DNA from: Octopus bimaculoides
Taxonomy: Eukaryota
Assembly: GCF_001194135.2 (NCBI RefSeq)
Contig: NC_068986.1
Coordinates: 62,213,498 to 62,261,937, forward strand
DNA length: 48,440 bases
Direction of reading: 5' to 3'
Below, in pieces: positions 36,700 through 48,207 of this stretch. Every line of letters begins with the position of its first letter. Position 1 is the first letter of the stretch. A program made the translations under genes and the position numbers. The notes under the pieces were generated by a model. That model saw only the letters and a list, made by a program, of their open reading frames with translations. It ran no database searches and was not told where the DNA came from.

Positions 36700-37340
36700 T
36701 CTCTCTGCAGAGAAGAGCATCCTAGAGAGGTGGAGAGAATACTTTGCTGATCTCCTAAATCTAGTCACAGTAAAATCTTCTGGTGGACAAAGGTTTGTCA
36801 TGGGGATGACTAAAGTGCTCAGATGTGGCAAGGCTGCTGGGGAGGTTAAAATTTGGCCTAATAGAGTTTTAAATAGAGATGGTATTCTCTGACTGACTTG
36901 TATATGCCAGGTAATTTGGACCTGTGGAAATGCAACGAAAATCTGGAGTGATAATCCCAATTTTTTAAAGGGAGGCAAGAGTGCTCTAATTATAGAGGAA
37001 TCTCCTTTTTGAATCTTTCCAGTAAAGTCTACACTAGGTGTTTGGAAAAGAGATGAAGGGAAATTATAGAGCCCAAGCTAGCTGAAGAATAGTGTGGCTT
37101 CCATCATGGATGCTGCTCAATTGACCAAATATTCACTCTATGACAGCTGTTTAAGAAATTAAGGAAATATTCCCAAGAGGTGTATGCTTGCTTTGTAGAC
37201 CTTGAAAAGTCACATCACTGCATGTTGAGAAATATGCTGTGAAGGTTTTTGCAGGAGTTTGAAATTAAGGGGCAACTCCCTATACAAATGCCCAGATGTT
37301 TGTGTTCAGGTAAATAGTGCTAAGTCAAAACCTTTTTGAC
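36700..37340 (+). mobile_element. RT fragment of a second RTE family (Rex3/Expander-like)
   Basis: ILERWREYFADLLN, GKAAG, LNRDGIL, GVIIPI, ECSNYRGISFLNLSSKVYTRCLEKR, DQIFTL and VYACFVDLEK across frameshifts. Confidence 0.75.
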
Positions 37341-37854
37341 TTAGTTACACTACTAGAAAATAGTTTTCAATGTTGTAATGTTTGTAGGGTATCATTTAAT
37401 GTGAATTTAATGAGAATAATACTGTAATAAACAAAATTTGAAAAGGTATAGTTCTCTATTCTTTATGATGCCTTGATTACACACACATACACACACAAAT
37501 ACTTATATATATAAATGAATACTTGTATATATGTGTAAATTCTTTCATATTGTAAAAACAGCAAAATAATGGGTTAACCAGGTCTATGTTTGAAGTGACA
37601 GAGATGTGTGTGTGAGCACTAGGAATGTAATTTGGGTGCCAAGGGAACAGCAAGCTGAAAACATTTGGGGTCCACTGCGTTAAATTGATGATAATGATGT
37701 TATTTAATGCCTAGTCAGATCTAATTGAGCAGACCTATGGTCAAAGGCATTTCAATCATGATTAACTTATTTATAAGACAATATGGTGTGAGGGAAATTT
37801 GGCCACTATTTCTCTCAGGCTGAGCAACCATGTATAGGCTTCTTTGTTGGCTGT

Positions 37855-37887
<33 letters not shown>

Positions 37888-38096
37888 GTGAAAATCAGTT
37901 CAGCACTTTCTCAAGGGTATTGTTAAAGTTAGTGTTTGACAGATTTAAACACAGATTGGAGGCCCAGTCTGATGCTAAGCAACCTAACATAGCCTCTGGG
38001 TCTACAAAACATCTTGTATTAAATTTTTCAGATTAAAGTTAACACCTTCCATTATGTTTAGGAACCATCTATTGTGTTTCAATCACTAGCTTTAAT

Positions 38097-38414
38097 AATT
38101 GTTTCAACTTCTGGCACAAGGCCAGCAATTTTAGTGGGAGGGTGTTGTATGATGCTATTGACCCCAGTGCTTGACTGGTACTTATTTTATCAACTCTGAG
38201 AGGATGAAAGGCAAAGATGACCTTGTCAGAATTTGAACTCAGAATGGACAAAATGTCTAACTTCAATAATGAAAATAGTTATTTTAATAAATCTCTCTAA
38301 GTCATTGGACATTTTTAAATGAAAAAAATAGGTAGTGTATTTTGTTGGAAATATAGTTATGATGGAGTTAAGTAAGATCCCCCTTTCACAGTAAGATTTT
38401 TAATAATGAAAAGT

Positions 38415-38467
<53 letters not shown>

Positions 38468-38653
38468 CTTTTCTACTATAGGCACAAAGCCTAAACATTT
38501 GCAGGAGGGTACTGGTTAACCCCAGTGCTAAAATGGTATTCATTTTATCAACCCTGAAAGGATCAAAGTCAATCTTGGTTGAATTCAAACTCAGAGTGTA
38601 AAGCCAATAGAAATGTTACTAAACATTTTGTCTAACTCACCAGCTTACTGTCT
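38097..38653 (-). mobile_element. Two tRNA-type SINEs and an (AAT)17 tract at 38417-38467
   Basis: Same unit as the 35051 stack. Confidence 0.72.
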
Positions 38654-38654
38654 T

Positions 38655-38757
38655 AATAATAATAATAATAATAATGATTTCTTTATTAACCACAAGGGTT
38701 TACATTAAGAAAAAACATTATGGACAACACAGGACAAAATAAAGAATATGTGTATAA
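38655..38757 (-). mobile_element. Extreme 3' end of a LINE (Tx1-like) with AATAAA and (ATT)n tail
   Basis: Reverse complement matches 181-243. Confidence 0.55.
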
Positions 38758-38770
38758 TAATAATAATAAT

Positions 38771-39031
38771 AGGAGCATTGGGTTTAGGGCCACCCAACCT
38801 GAAGAAACATCTGGAAACTTTAGAAATACTCTACAATCTAGGTGTATTGCAAAAATCGGCATTACTTGGAACTGCACGCATATTGCATAAAGTGTTGTCT
38901 GCCTGAGGTCCTTGTTATGACTTGACAGACTGTACAAACCCCAAGTAGACACAAACCCCCAGTAGACACAATATCTTCAGTCAACAACATCATGATATTG
39001 GATACTTTGCGATGTCTTAAATAATAATAAT
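38771..39031 (+). mobile_element. 5'-truncated Dong/R4-clade (RLE) retrotransposon 3' end, flanked by TAA repeats
   Basis: 38772-38906 translates GALGLGPPNLKKHLETLEILYNLGVLQKSALLGTARILHKVLSA-stop, the typical RLE C-terminus (GALG...LQKSALLGTARIL). Confidence 0.8.
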
Positions 39032-39244
39032 GGTTTTCAATTTTGGCTCAGATCCAGCCGTTTTTGAGGGGAGGGAGAAGTCAATTAAATTGACCCAGTA
39101 CTTGACTGGTATTTATTTTATTGACCCTGAAAGGATGAAAGGCTAAGTTGACCTAGTAAAATCTGAACTCAGAACATAAAGCTGGTAGAAATGCCACTAA
39201 ACATTTTCTCTGTCTCACTAATGCTTCTGCCAGTTCGCTGCCTT
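39030..39244 (-). mobile_element. tRNA-type SINE
   Basis: Same unit as above; head ends TTCTGCCAGTTCGCTGCCTT on the + strand. Confidence 0.72.
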
Positions 39245-39254
39245 AATAAATATT

Positions 39255-40545
39255 ATCATCATCCTCATCATCATTTAACATCCGCTTTCCATGCTGGTAT
39301 GGGTTGGACAGTTCGACTGAGGACTGGTGAGCCATAGGCTGCACCAGGCTCAATTTGATCTGGCAAAGTTTCTACAGCTGGATGCCCTTCCTAATGCTAA
39401 CCACTCCGAGAATGTAGTGGGTGCTTTTTACGTGCCACTGGCACGAGGGCCAGTCAGGCGGTTCTGGCAATGACCACACTCAAAAGGTGTTTTTACATGC
39501 TACCTGCATGGGAGCCAGTCCAGTGGCACTGGCAACGACCACGCTTGAGTGTTGTTTTTCACGTGCCACTGGCACATGTGCCGGTAAGGCGACGCTGTCA
39601 GCGATCATGCTTGAATGGTGCTTTTCACATGTCACCAGCACGGGAGCCAATCCATGGCTCTGGCAACGATCACGCTCGGATGTGCTTTTTATGTTCCACT
39701 GGCACAAATGCCAATCAGGCGGTGTTATCATTGGCCACATCAGCAATTTTGATTTATTTTCACTTGCCTCAATAGGTCTTTGCAAGCAAAGTTTATTGTC
39801 CAGTGAATGAGGGGTACTCATAAGTGGGCCAGTTACACCCCACATTCGGATATGCTTTTAACGTTCCACTGGCACGAGTGCCAATCAGACAGTACTATCG
39901 TCGGCCATGTCATCAATTTTGATTTTGATTGATTTCACTTGCCTCAATAGGTCTTAACAAGCAAAGTTTATTATCCAATGAATGAGGGGTATTCATAAAC
40001 GGGCTGGTTACACTCATTGGCATAGGCCATGGGCTATGGTCTCACTTGGCTTGTTGGGTCGTCTCAAGCACAGCATATCTCCAAAGGTCCTGGTCACTCG
40101 TCATTGCCTTGGTAAGGCCCAATGTTTGAAGGGCATGCTTCACCACCTCATCCCAGGTCTTCCTGGGTCTACCTCTTCCACAGGTTCCCTCAACTGCTAG
40201 GGCGTGACACTTTTTCACACAGATGTCCTCATTCATTCACAACACACGACCATACCAGTACAGTCGTCTCTCTTGGACACCACATCTGATGCTTCTTAAA
40301 TCCAACTTTTCTCTCAGGGCACTTAAACTCTGTCATGTATGCACACTGACATTATACCTCCAGTGGAGCATACTGGCTTCATTCCTTGCAAGCTTACGTA
40401 TGTCCTCAGCAGTCACGGCCCATGTTTCACTGCCATGTAGCATGGCTGTTCGCACACATGCGTCATACAGTCTACCTTTTACTCTGAGCGAGAGGCCCTT
40501 TGTTACCAGCAGAGGTAGGAGCTCTCTGAACTTTACTCAGGCTAA
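39255..40545 (-). mobile_element. RTE-clade LINE 3' end with expanded 3' UTR
   Basis: (CAT)n tail; minus-strand ORF GRGRPRKTWDEVVKH...DQDLWRYAV; UTR has six repeat units and a 170-bp duplication. Confidence 0.87.
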
Positions 40546-41240
40546 ATAATAATAATAATAATTCTTTCTACTATAGGCACAAGCCCTGAAATTTTGTGGG
40601 AGGTGATAGCTGATTACCCCGACTCCAGTCTTCAAATACTAGTTAAAGGATGAAAGGCAAAGTTGACTTTGGTGGAAGACAGAAAAAATGTTGCTTAGCA
40701 TTTTGTTCAGCATGCTAATGATTCTGTTATCTCCCCACTTAATAAAAATAATATCCTTTCTACTATAGGCACAAGGTCTGAAATTTGGGAAAGTTGATTG
40801 CATTGGCCCCAGTGCATAGCTAGTACTTATTTCATCAACCCTGAATAGATGAATGACAAAGTTGACCTTGACGAAATTTGAATTTGAAGATGGATGAATA
40901 ATAATTATAATTATAGTTCCTAACATAGGCACACATTTAGAAATTTGTGAGGAGGAAATAATCAATTATTGCTTCCAGTTCTTGGCTGGTATTTTGTTGA
41001 TCTTAAAAAAATTAATGGCAAATTTGACCTAAGTGGAATTTGAAGATTGTAAAGAGCTGTAGTTAAATACCACAAGGTATTTTGTCAGACACTGTACCAA
41101 TTTTGTTAGTATGCAATTTCTTACACTGACAAGAAGCTATTTCTAGGATAATGGTATTACTAATTAGATCAACCATAGAATACTTATTTTATTAACCTCT
41201 GAAAATTGTTAGAGTAAGTCAACCTCAGTGAAATTTGAAC
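40546..41240 (-). mobile_element. Stack of about 4 tRNA-type SINEs
   Basis: Units at about 40546-40741, 40742-40890, 40895-41100 and 41150-41240, separated by AAT-rich tails. Confidence 0.7.
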
Positions 41241-41782
41241 GTTAAGCTTATAATAATGTTACTTTATTTATCTATTAGAATGTGCATCTATGTTCTGAGT
41301 CTTAAGTTCTCACAACAAACTAAATTGCAGGCAAAATTTACGAGGAATATATCATTGCTCAACACAGTGGACTGTCATTACAAAAAAGCCACTGCAGTTG
41401 ATAATCCATCATTTGAAATTCTTGAGAAGTGTTTTGAATTTTGGATTAATTTTTTGATTTCAAAATGATTACATATTGGCATTTATAACATGGGGTAGCT
41501 TGGTTTTGGGATGCAGGTCTAAACATGTTATTCATTATATATCTAATACAACTTATACAACAAAGGTAGTGTTATATAAATTTTGTATCCATCCAGTACT
41601 GCATGGCATGCATATGTCAGCTTGTCACATAAGATATCTATTTATCACTTTTGTTTTTTTACACTTACATTTCATATTCACCTACAACACCCCTACTTTT
41701 TTAAACTTAACCCAAGTGCATTTGGGGATCTTTCATTTTTGGTTTAGATTCTGGAGGCTTTCAGATAAAGGGTTATCAACTG

Positions 41783-42700
41783 CATGAAGTCTTATGAAAA
41801 AGTATTCAGACTGGGGTTATGAAAAGAAAACTGCAATGCATATCAATCTGGCATTTAATTTCCTTTAAAGTAGTCCCCTTCTGAAGCAACACACTTTATC
41901 CAGCATTGTTTCCATTGATGGAAGCCTTACTGGAACTCCTTTTTTGAGATAGTGAGCTGTTGTCTCATTGCATTCTCTTGGATTGCCTTGATGTCTTGAG
42001 ATATTGTTCCTTTCAAGTGGGATTTGAATTTTGGAAAGAGGAAAAAGTTGCAAAGGGTCAGATCTAGGGAATATGGTGTTTATGGACCTGGGAAATGTTC
42101 TTGGTCAAAAACTGCTGCACAAGCTGCACTGAATAGGCAGGTGCATTGTCATTGTGGAGTTGCCACTCACCTGATGCATGCAATCATGTGCTTTTCTGAT
42201 GAACAACATCCTGAAAACACTGCAACATATCACAGTAGTACTCCTTATTTACTGTCTCACCAGGTGGAGCATACTCATGATGAACAATGCCCTTGTAGTC
42301 GAAGAAAACTATCAGCAGTGTCTTCACACTGCTTTGACTCATTTGGCATTTTGTTGGCTATCTTGAAAATGTTTGAACCACTCATACACTCATGTCTGGT
42401 TCATACACTCCTCTCTATACACTTTCTGTCTGCAACTTAGCATAGATCTCTGCACAGGTATCACTAAGCTTTTGATAAAAATGTCATGGTCACTGATAGA
42501 ACCTTTGTGGTGTGGTGAGATGACCACACTTTACACACTTTACATCCAAGTACTGCTATATACAACAGGAGTGGGGACATTATAATTTATGTGCATGCAT
42601 GACAAAGTTCAAGGTCAGTCTCTGCCCAGTGGCTTCACTCTGTGTTCTTTAGCTCCATTACCATAGCATTAGTCCCAATATTTTTTGATTAGACCTCGTA
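41783..42700 (-). mobile_element. Mariner with internal deletion, both TIRs present
   Basis: 30-bp TIRs at 41783-41812 and 42671-42700 (22 of 30 match). Minus strand encodes KTLLIVFFDYKGIVHHEY, QLHNDNAPAYS, PPYSLDL..CNFFLFPK and CVASEGDYF; the HTH region joins directly to the mid-catalytic domain. Confidence 0.8.
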
Positions 42701-42709
42701 TAAGTATTA

Positions 42710-43310
42710 CTGATAATAATTTTATAATAAAGGCATGAGACCAACAGTTTTAAGGAGAGGGGTTTACTTGATATCATTGACCCCAGTATTTGACTGGCAC
42801 TTTATTTTATTGTTTCCAGATGAGTGAAAGGCAAAGTTGACCTTCATTTAAACTCAGGACTTAGAGAACTGGAGCAAATACTGCAAGGCATTTTTTTTCA
42901 ACACTAATGATTCTGCTAGTCACTGCCTTCCTGTTACTAATGCTAATCATACCATCACTACTATCAGCATCATTATACTCTTTCGTGTATTGGTACATAT
43001 TTATTGGTTAATTGAATCAATCCCATGTATATTACTGATGCTGTTTTCTCAATTAGAGCTGGTGGAATTTGAACTAGGCATATAAATGATTGTGATTAAA
43101 TTCTAGTGTTATCATTTTATTCTCTACTCTAATGATTTTGTCATTTAATGTATCTTTGTCCACCCTTCCCTGTCATTATCATCATTGTCATATAACAATA
43201 ATTATAATAATGATGATTTCTTGGTTTTCAGTCTGAGTTGTCTCTTAGTGCATCCTTAGTAGTTATTTTATCAACTCTGGAAATAGAGCTGAGAATTCAT
43301 TGTCACAGGC
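42710..43310 (-). mobile_element. tRNA-type SINE copies (one clear, two degraded)
   Basis: Clear unit at 42710-42930; fragments near 42990-43080 and 43230-43310. Confidence 0.55.
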
Positions 43311-43374
43311 ATTAATTAAGTTATGTAGGCAGTTGAATCATTTAGGAAACAAGAAATAACAAGACATATAAAAG

Positions 43375-45185
43375 TCATCATCATCGTCATCATCATCATT
43401 TAACACCTGTTTTCCATGCTGGCATGGGTTGGACGGTTCGACTGGTGTCCTGGAAGCCAGGAGGCTGCACCAGGCTCCAGTCTGATCTGGCAGTGTTTCT
43501 ACAGCTGGATACCCTTCCTAATACCAACCACTCCGAGAGTGCAGTGGGTGCTTTTTACATGCAGAGGGAGCTGGCAATGACCATGATCGGTTGGTGCTTT
43601 TTACGTGCCACCAGCACGGAAGCCAGTCAAGACAGCACTGGCATTGGCCACATTTGGATGGTGCTTTTTACGTGCCACTGGCAGGGGGATCACAACTACA
43701 ATTTCTATTTGATTTTGATTTTGATGTACTCAATAGGTCTCCTCAAACACAGCATGTCGCCCTATGATCCAAGGTACTTTTGAATGGGCTGGCTATGCGA
43801 CACTGGTTTAGGTTACAGCTGTGAACTCACTTTATTTGCCACGTTTTTTCAGTCACAGCATATCTCCAGAGGTCTTGGTCTTTTGTCATTGCCTCTGTGA
43901 GGCCCAACATTCGAAGGTCATACTTCTCCACCTCATCCCATGTCTTCCTGGGTCTCCCTCTACCCCGGATTCCTTCCACTGTTTGGGAGTGGCACTTTTT
44001 CACACAGATCTCCTCATCCATGCATAGTACATGACCATATCAATGCAAACATCTCTCTTGCATGCCACATCTGATGCTTCTTATGTCCAACATTTCTCTC
44101 AGAGCGCTTACACCCTGTCGTGTGTGCACACTGACATTATACATCCAGCGGATCATGCTAGCTTCATTTCTTTCAAGCCCATACATGTCTTCAGCAGTCA
44201 AGGCCCATGTTTCACTGCCGTGAAGCATGGCAGTTCACACACATGCATCTACCTTTCACTCTGATTGAGAGGCCCTTTGTCCCCAGTAGGAGTAGGAGCT
44301 TTCTGAACTTTGCCCAGGCTATTCTTATTCTAGTGGTAACATTCTCTGAGCATCTACCCCAACTACAGACTTGGTCACCCAGGTAGTGGAAGCTATCAAC
44401 TACTTCTAGTTTCTCCCCCTGGCATGTGATGGAACCTGTTTTCTGAGCATCTGTGGTGTTTATTGCCCCTGTTCATCTGCTACACACGAAAGCTATCTTC
44501 CTGGTTAATTTTCCTTTGATGTTGCTGCACTTCTTATGTGTCCATAGCTTACACTGGGTACATCTTATGGAGTTTCTACCTATGCCTTTTTCAGGGCCAC
44601 TTACCTGAAGGGGTGTGTGATGTGTTCGCCTTCCTACTTACAAGAACTTTGGTCTTTGCAACATTGACTCTAAGGCCCTTCGATTCTAAACCTTGCTTCC
44701 ACACCTGAAATTTCTTTTCTAGTTCTGGTAGTGATTCTGCTATGAGGGCCAGGTCATCAGCATAGAGGAGCTCCCAGAGGCAACCTGTCTTGAATTCCTC
44801 TGTTATTGCCTTGAGTACTATGATAAATAAGAGCGGGCTGAGGGCTGATCCTTGGTAGACCCCTACCTCTACCTGGAATTCTTCACTATACTCATTGTCA
44901 ACCCTAACCTTACTAATGGCATCTCTGTATAGGGCCTGTACAACCCTTATTAACCATTCGTCAATCTCCAGTTTCTGCATCGCCCACCAGATAAGGGATT
45001 GGGGGACCCTGTCAATGGTTTTCTCCAAGTCCACAAATGCCAAGTATAGGGGTTTATCTTTGTCTAGGTATTTCTCCTGCAGTTGCCATACCAGGAATAT
45101 AGCATTAGTGGTGCTTCTACCTGGCACAAAACCAAACTGCATCTCGTCTAAGCAGACTCTCTCCCTAATTAGTTGGGCTAAAAGT
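43375..45185 (-). mobile_element. RTE-clade LINE, RT through 3' UTR and (GAT)n tail
   Basis: ORF 44591-45142: MQFGFVPGRST...AFVDLEK...VGVYQGSALSPLLF...LLYADDLALIA; C-terminal GRGRPRKTW. Confidence 0.9.
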
Positions 45186-45196
45186 ATTATCTTGAA

Positions 45197-45390
45197 GTTT
45201 AAGATCAGTTGTCAACATATTTAAAGTAGATTATCTACAGATTTTTGTATATTATCTGGACATTTAAGGTAGATTGTCAATATATTTAAGCTATATTTTG
45301 AAGATATTTAAGGAAGATTATCTACAGATCTAAGGTAGTTTAAAAATTAAGACAGATTGTAAAGAGTTTTAAGCTAAATTGTCATAAATG
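45197..45390. repeat. Degenerate AT-rich minisatellite
   Basis: Recurrent ATATTTAAG(G)TAGATT(G/A)TC motifs. Confidence 0.55.
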
Positions 45391-45843
45391 AGATCAAGCA
45401 CTTTTCATTAAATAGTTCCTTAAATTGCTGAAGTGCGTGTAGCTTTAACTAAACTGCTGCTGCTTTGCCTTCATTAGTAACTGTTGTTACAAATTTCCTT
45501 CATGTGTCATGAGATCCATGTTTGGTCATGTTTATTGCAAGCTGACAGAATGATGAGTTTCAAAAACCTGCTATATGGTGGCTACCATTTCTTACAGATA
45601 ATAGAAACTGGACACTAGAAAGAAATGCATTCAGAGATCTTTTAAGTATCATGAAGGAATTGTGATGAAGCAAACTTTGGAGCTAATAGAGTCTTCCAGT
45701 CAATGTCTTGGTTATAATTTCTTGTTGGTTAAATTGGGACTAGAATTTCAAAAACTGTTCACATGCATACAATATCTAATTTACAAACTTTCCAAATTTT
45801 CTATAAATCATTTCTTGTTTTTCTTTTGTTTTTCTAATTTCAG

Positions 45844-46371
45844 TTTTGCTTTCTGATGTTTGAAGGGATACTCATTTTTTCTCCACACAGTTCTTTAATT
45901 GGTTTCAAGAACCGTTCAACCAAAGTAACATGGCATTGGGTCATATTACTGATAGCTTTTATTTCGGCTGTAGGTGGTATCATCATAATATATTACAACA
46001 AAACTTTAAACAACAAACCCCATTTCACATCATGGCATGGCCTCATTGGTATTATAACAGTTGTGTACTTCATGTTGCAGCTCTGTGCTGGTATAATTGT
46101 AAAATATCCAAAGCTTTTGCCAACCTTTAAACTTGTAGACTTGAGACTTTATCATGCTACATCTGGGCTGGTTGTCTTCTTATTGATATGTTTCACTTTG
46201 TTTTTGTCATTGTACTCAAACTGGTTTTGTAAGAATATAACTGGCACATCTTGGTATGCTTGTGTTGGTTGTATTGGACTTATGGCAACTATGATTACTA
46301 ACCAGGTCACTTCAGCATATTTGCCACGGCTACAGAAACGTATGCAACAAAAGATTCGTCCACCAATTTGA
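45844..46371 (+). CDS. CYB561D2: CYB561D2-like coding exon 3 (terminal)
   Basis: Pyrimidine tract and CAG acceptor at 45841-45843. Translates FCFLMFEGILIFSPHSSL...TWHWV...WHGLIG...YPKLLP...LRLYHATSGL...NQVTSAYLPRL...PPI-stop, supplying three more heme His. Spliced CDS is 133+38+528=699 nt (232 aa from the ACG). Confidence 0.93.
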   Translation, partial: FCFLMFEGILIFSPHSSLIGFKNRSTKVTWHWVILLIAFISAVGGIIIIYYNKTLNNKPHFTSWHGLIGIITVVYFMLQLCAGIIVKYPKLLPTFKLVDLRLYHATSGLVVFLLICFTLFLSLYSNWFCKNITGTSWYACVGCIGLMATMITNQVTSAYLPRLQKRMQQKIRPPI

Positions 46372-47089
46372 TTCTGTAAATTAAAAAATGCTTTTCCAAA
46401 ACCATAATTTCTATTAGATGCAAACAAGTTCTATGTTTTTTTTACACAATTTATAAACTTATCAAATGGAAGACATTGTTTTGTTCTCATTCTTTATTTA
46501 AAAAATGATTAGCAAATAAGTATGCATTGATTATATTATTAACCTTAGCTTTTGTGTTTCTGATGATATCATTGTCATCATTGTTACTATTGCTGCTAAC
46601 ACCATCACCACAGTAACCATCACTATCATCATCATCATTGTTTTCACAACTGTTTTACCTGTCTGAAATGTTTTTCATATCATTATGAAATTATCCTATA
46701 TCATATTCAGCTAATATATTGCACTATATGTGTGTGTGTGTATGTATGTGTGTGCACGTGCATGCGTATATGTGTGCGTGTGCATATATAAACACAGTCC
46801 AACCCACCCTGGCATGGAAAACAGAGGTTAAATGATGATGATGAGGCACATGCAATATTTGAGAAAGAGTAAGAAGTATAGCTTTTTATTTTAGAGTTTT
46901 GATGTTTTTTTGCAACATGTTCATATAACTTGTGTGCATATATTTATGTAGACTCTGAAGACTTTAAGAATATACCTTCTGAAATACATTTGTTGTATAA
47001 AATGAAAAGTTAACAAAATTAATAGTTCAATCTTGGCATATTGCTCATTATAGGATAGTCTTGTAATATCCATTAGCTATAATTGTTGC

Positions 47090-47285
47090 AAACATCACCC
47101 GCTTTGTTGTTGTCATTGACATCATCATCATCATCATCATAATCCTTACCATTATCATCAGTGTCATCATTATTGTTCTCATTGTTGTCATTATCACCAG
47201 TCTTTGTTGTCATCAATATTAATGTCATCATTGTCATCCTTGTTGTCTCCTTCATGATGATGATGATGATCATTATTATTATAGG
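47090..47285. repeat. Degenerate (CAT)/(GTT)-rich microsatellite
   Basis: Direct inspection. Confidence 0.75.
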
Positions 47286-47487
47286 GTGACAGAATTTGTA
47301 GAGCACCAGATTAAATAACTAACATTATTTATTTACCCCCAGTAAGCTCTAAGTGTAAATCCCACTGGGGTTGTTAAATTATGTATGAATTATGTTCTGA
47401 TTCCATTCCAGTTAACTACACCCCACCCATAATAATGTAGCAACAGCAGTGTTGGACAAAATACAGTTGCCTTTCATATCCCTGGGT

Positions 47488-47751
47488 CAAGGGGTTCTCA
47501 GGAGGACCACTTTAATTTACCAAGTATTTTTATGGACCATTTGTGCATAAAATCTATGAAAAAACTAAATGTTAAACAACAAATTTAATCAAACATCAAA
47601 TAATGCAACCTAATAGAAAACTATTTAGATAAGCAAATATAGGAACATACATGGACAAACCCTAATGTTTAATTTTGTAATATGTGCATGACGAATTTTT
47701 TTCTATAGACTACAAAAAATGTTGTCATGGACTATCTATTGAGAACTGCTG
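47488..47751. mobile_element. Possible hAT-type MITE
   Basis: Ends CAAGGGGTTCTCA and TGAGAACTGCTG are imperfect TIRs; the 8-bp flanks match at only 4 of 8. Confidence 0.3.
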
Positions 47752-47877
47752 TTCTAGGAGATTGATAAAATAAGCTAATAGTTTAGTACTGAGTCTGTTA
47801 ACTCAAATGTACCCTTTCCTAAAATTGTGACTCTGTATCAATGTTAGGAGTCATTTTTGATGACTGTAATGGCAGAA

Positions 47878-48137
47878 GCAGAAGTTCTAAGATTAATATT
47901 ATGCAGTCCCCTCCTTTACATTCCTAGTTCAAATCCTTGCTGAAGTTGAACTTTGCCTTTCATTCTGCCCTAGGGTCACTAGAATAAATAACATAATGAG
48001 ATTGATTCAATATACTGTAGTCTACCCTTATGAACATATGACCTCATGTCAATGTAAGAAATACATATAAATTATGTTAATAAGATAAATTATCGGTGAA
48101 GTATTGAGTCAATGTTAGAAACAAAAATGTTAGAAAC

Positions 48138-48195
<58 letters not shown>

Positions 48196-48207
48196 GTTGT
48201 TGTTGTT
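47878..48207 (+). mobile_element. tRNA-type SINE remnant with long (TTA)n(TTG)n tail
   Basis: AGTTCAAATCC...GAACTTTGCCTTTCATT on the + strand; microsatellite at 48138-48207. Confidence 0.55.

Noticed and set aside
36640-36712. Cryptic acceptors (TTTTCAG at 36652, CTCTGCAG at 36710) suggesting RTE exonisation
   Set aside because: Such motifs are common, and the downstream frames are interrupted; needs RNA evidence.
39421-39900. Repeat-spacer pattern resembling a CRISPR array
   Set aside because: Repeats are degenerate, the spacers resemble each other, there are no cas genes, and it lies in a eukaryotic LINE 3' UTR.
47073-47306. Low-complexity 77-aa ORF (I/M/T then D/N-rich)
   Set aside because: Translation of a trinucleotide microsatellite; the poly-Met ORF at 37830-38036 has the same cause.
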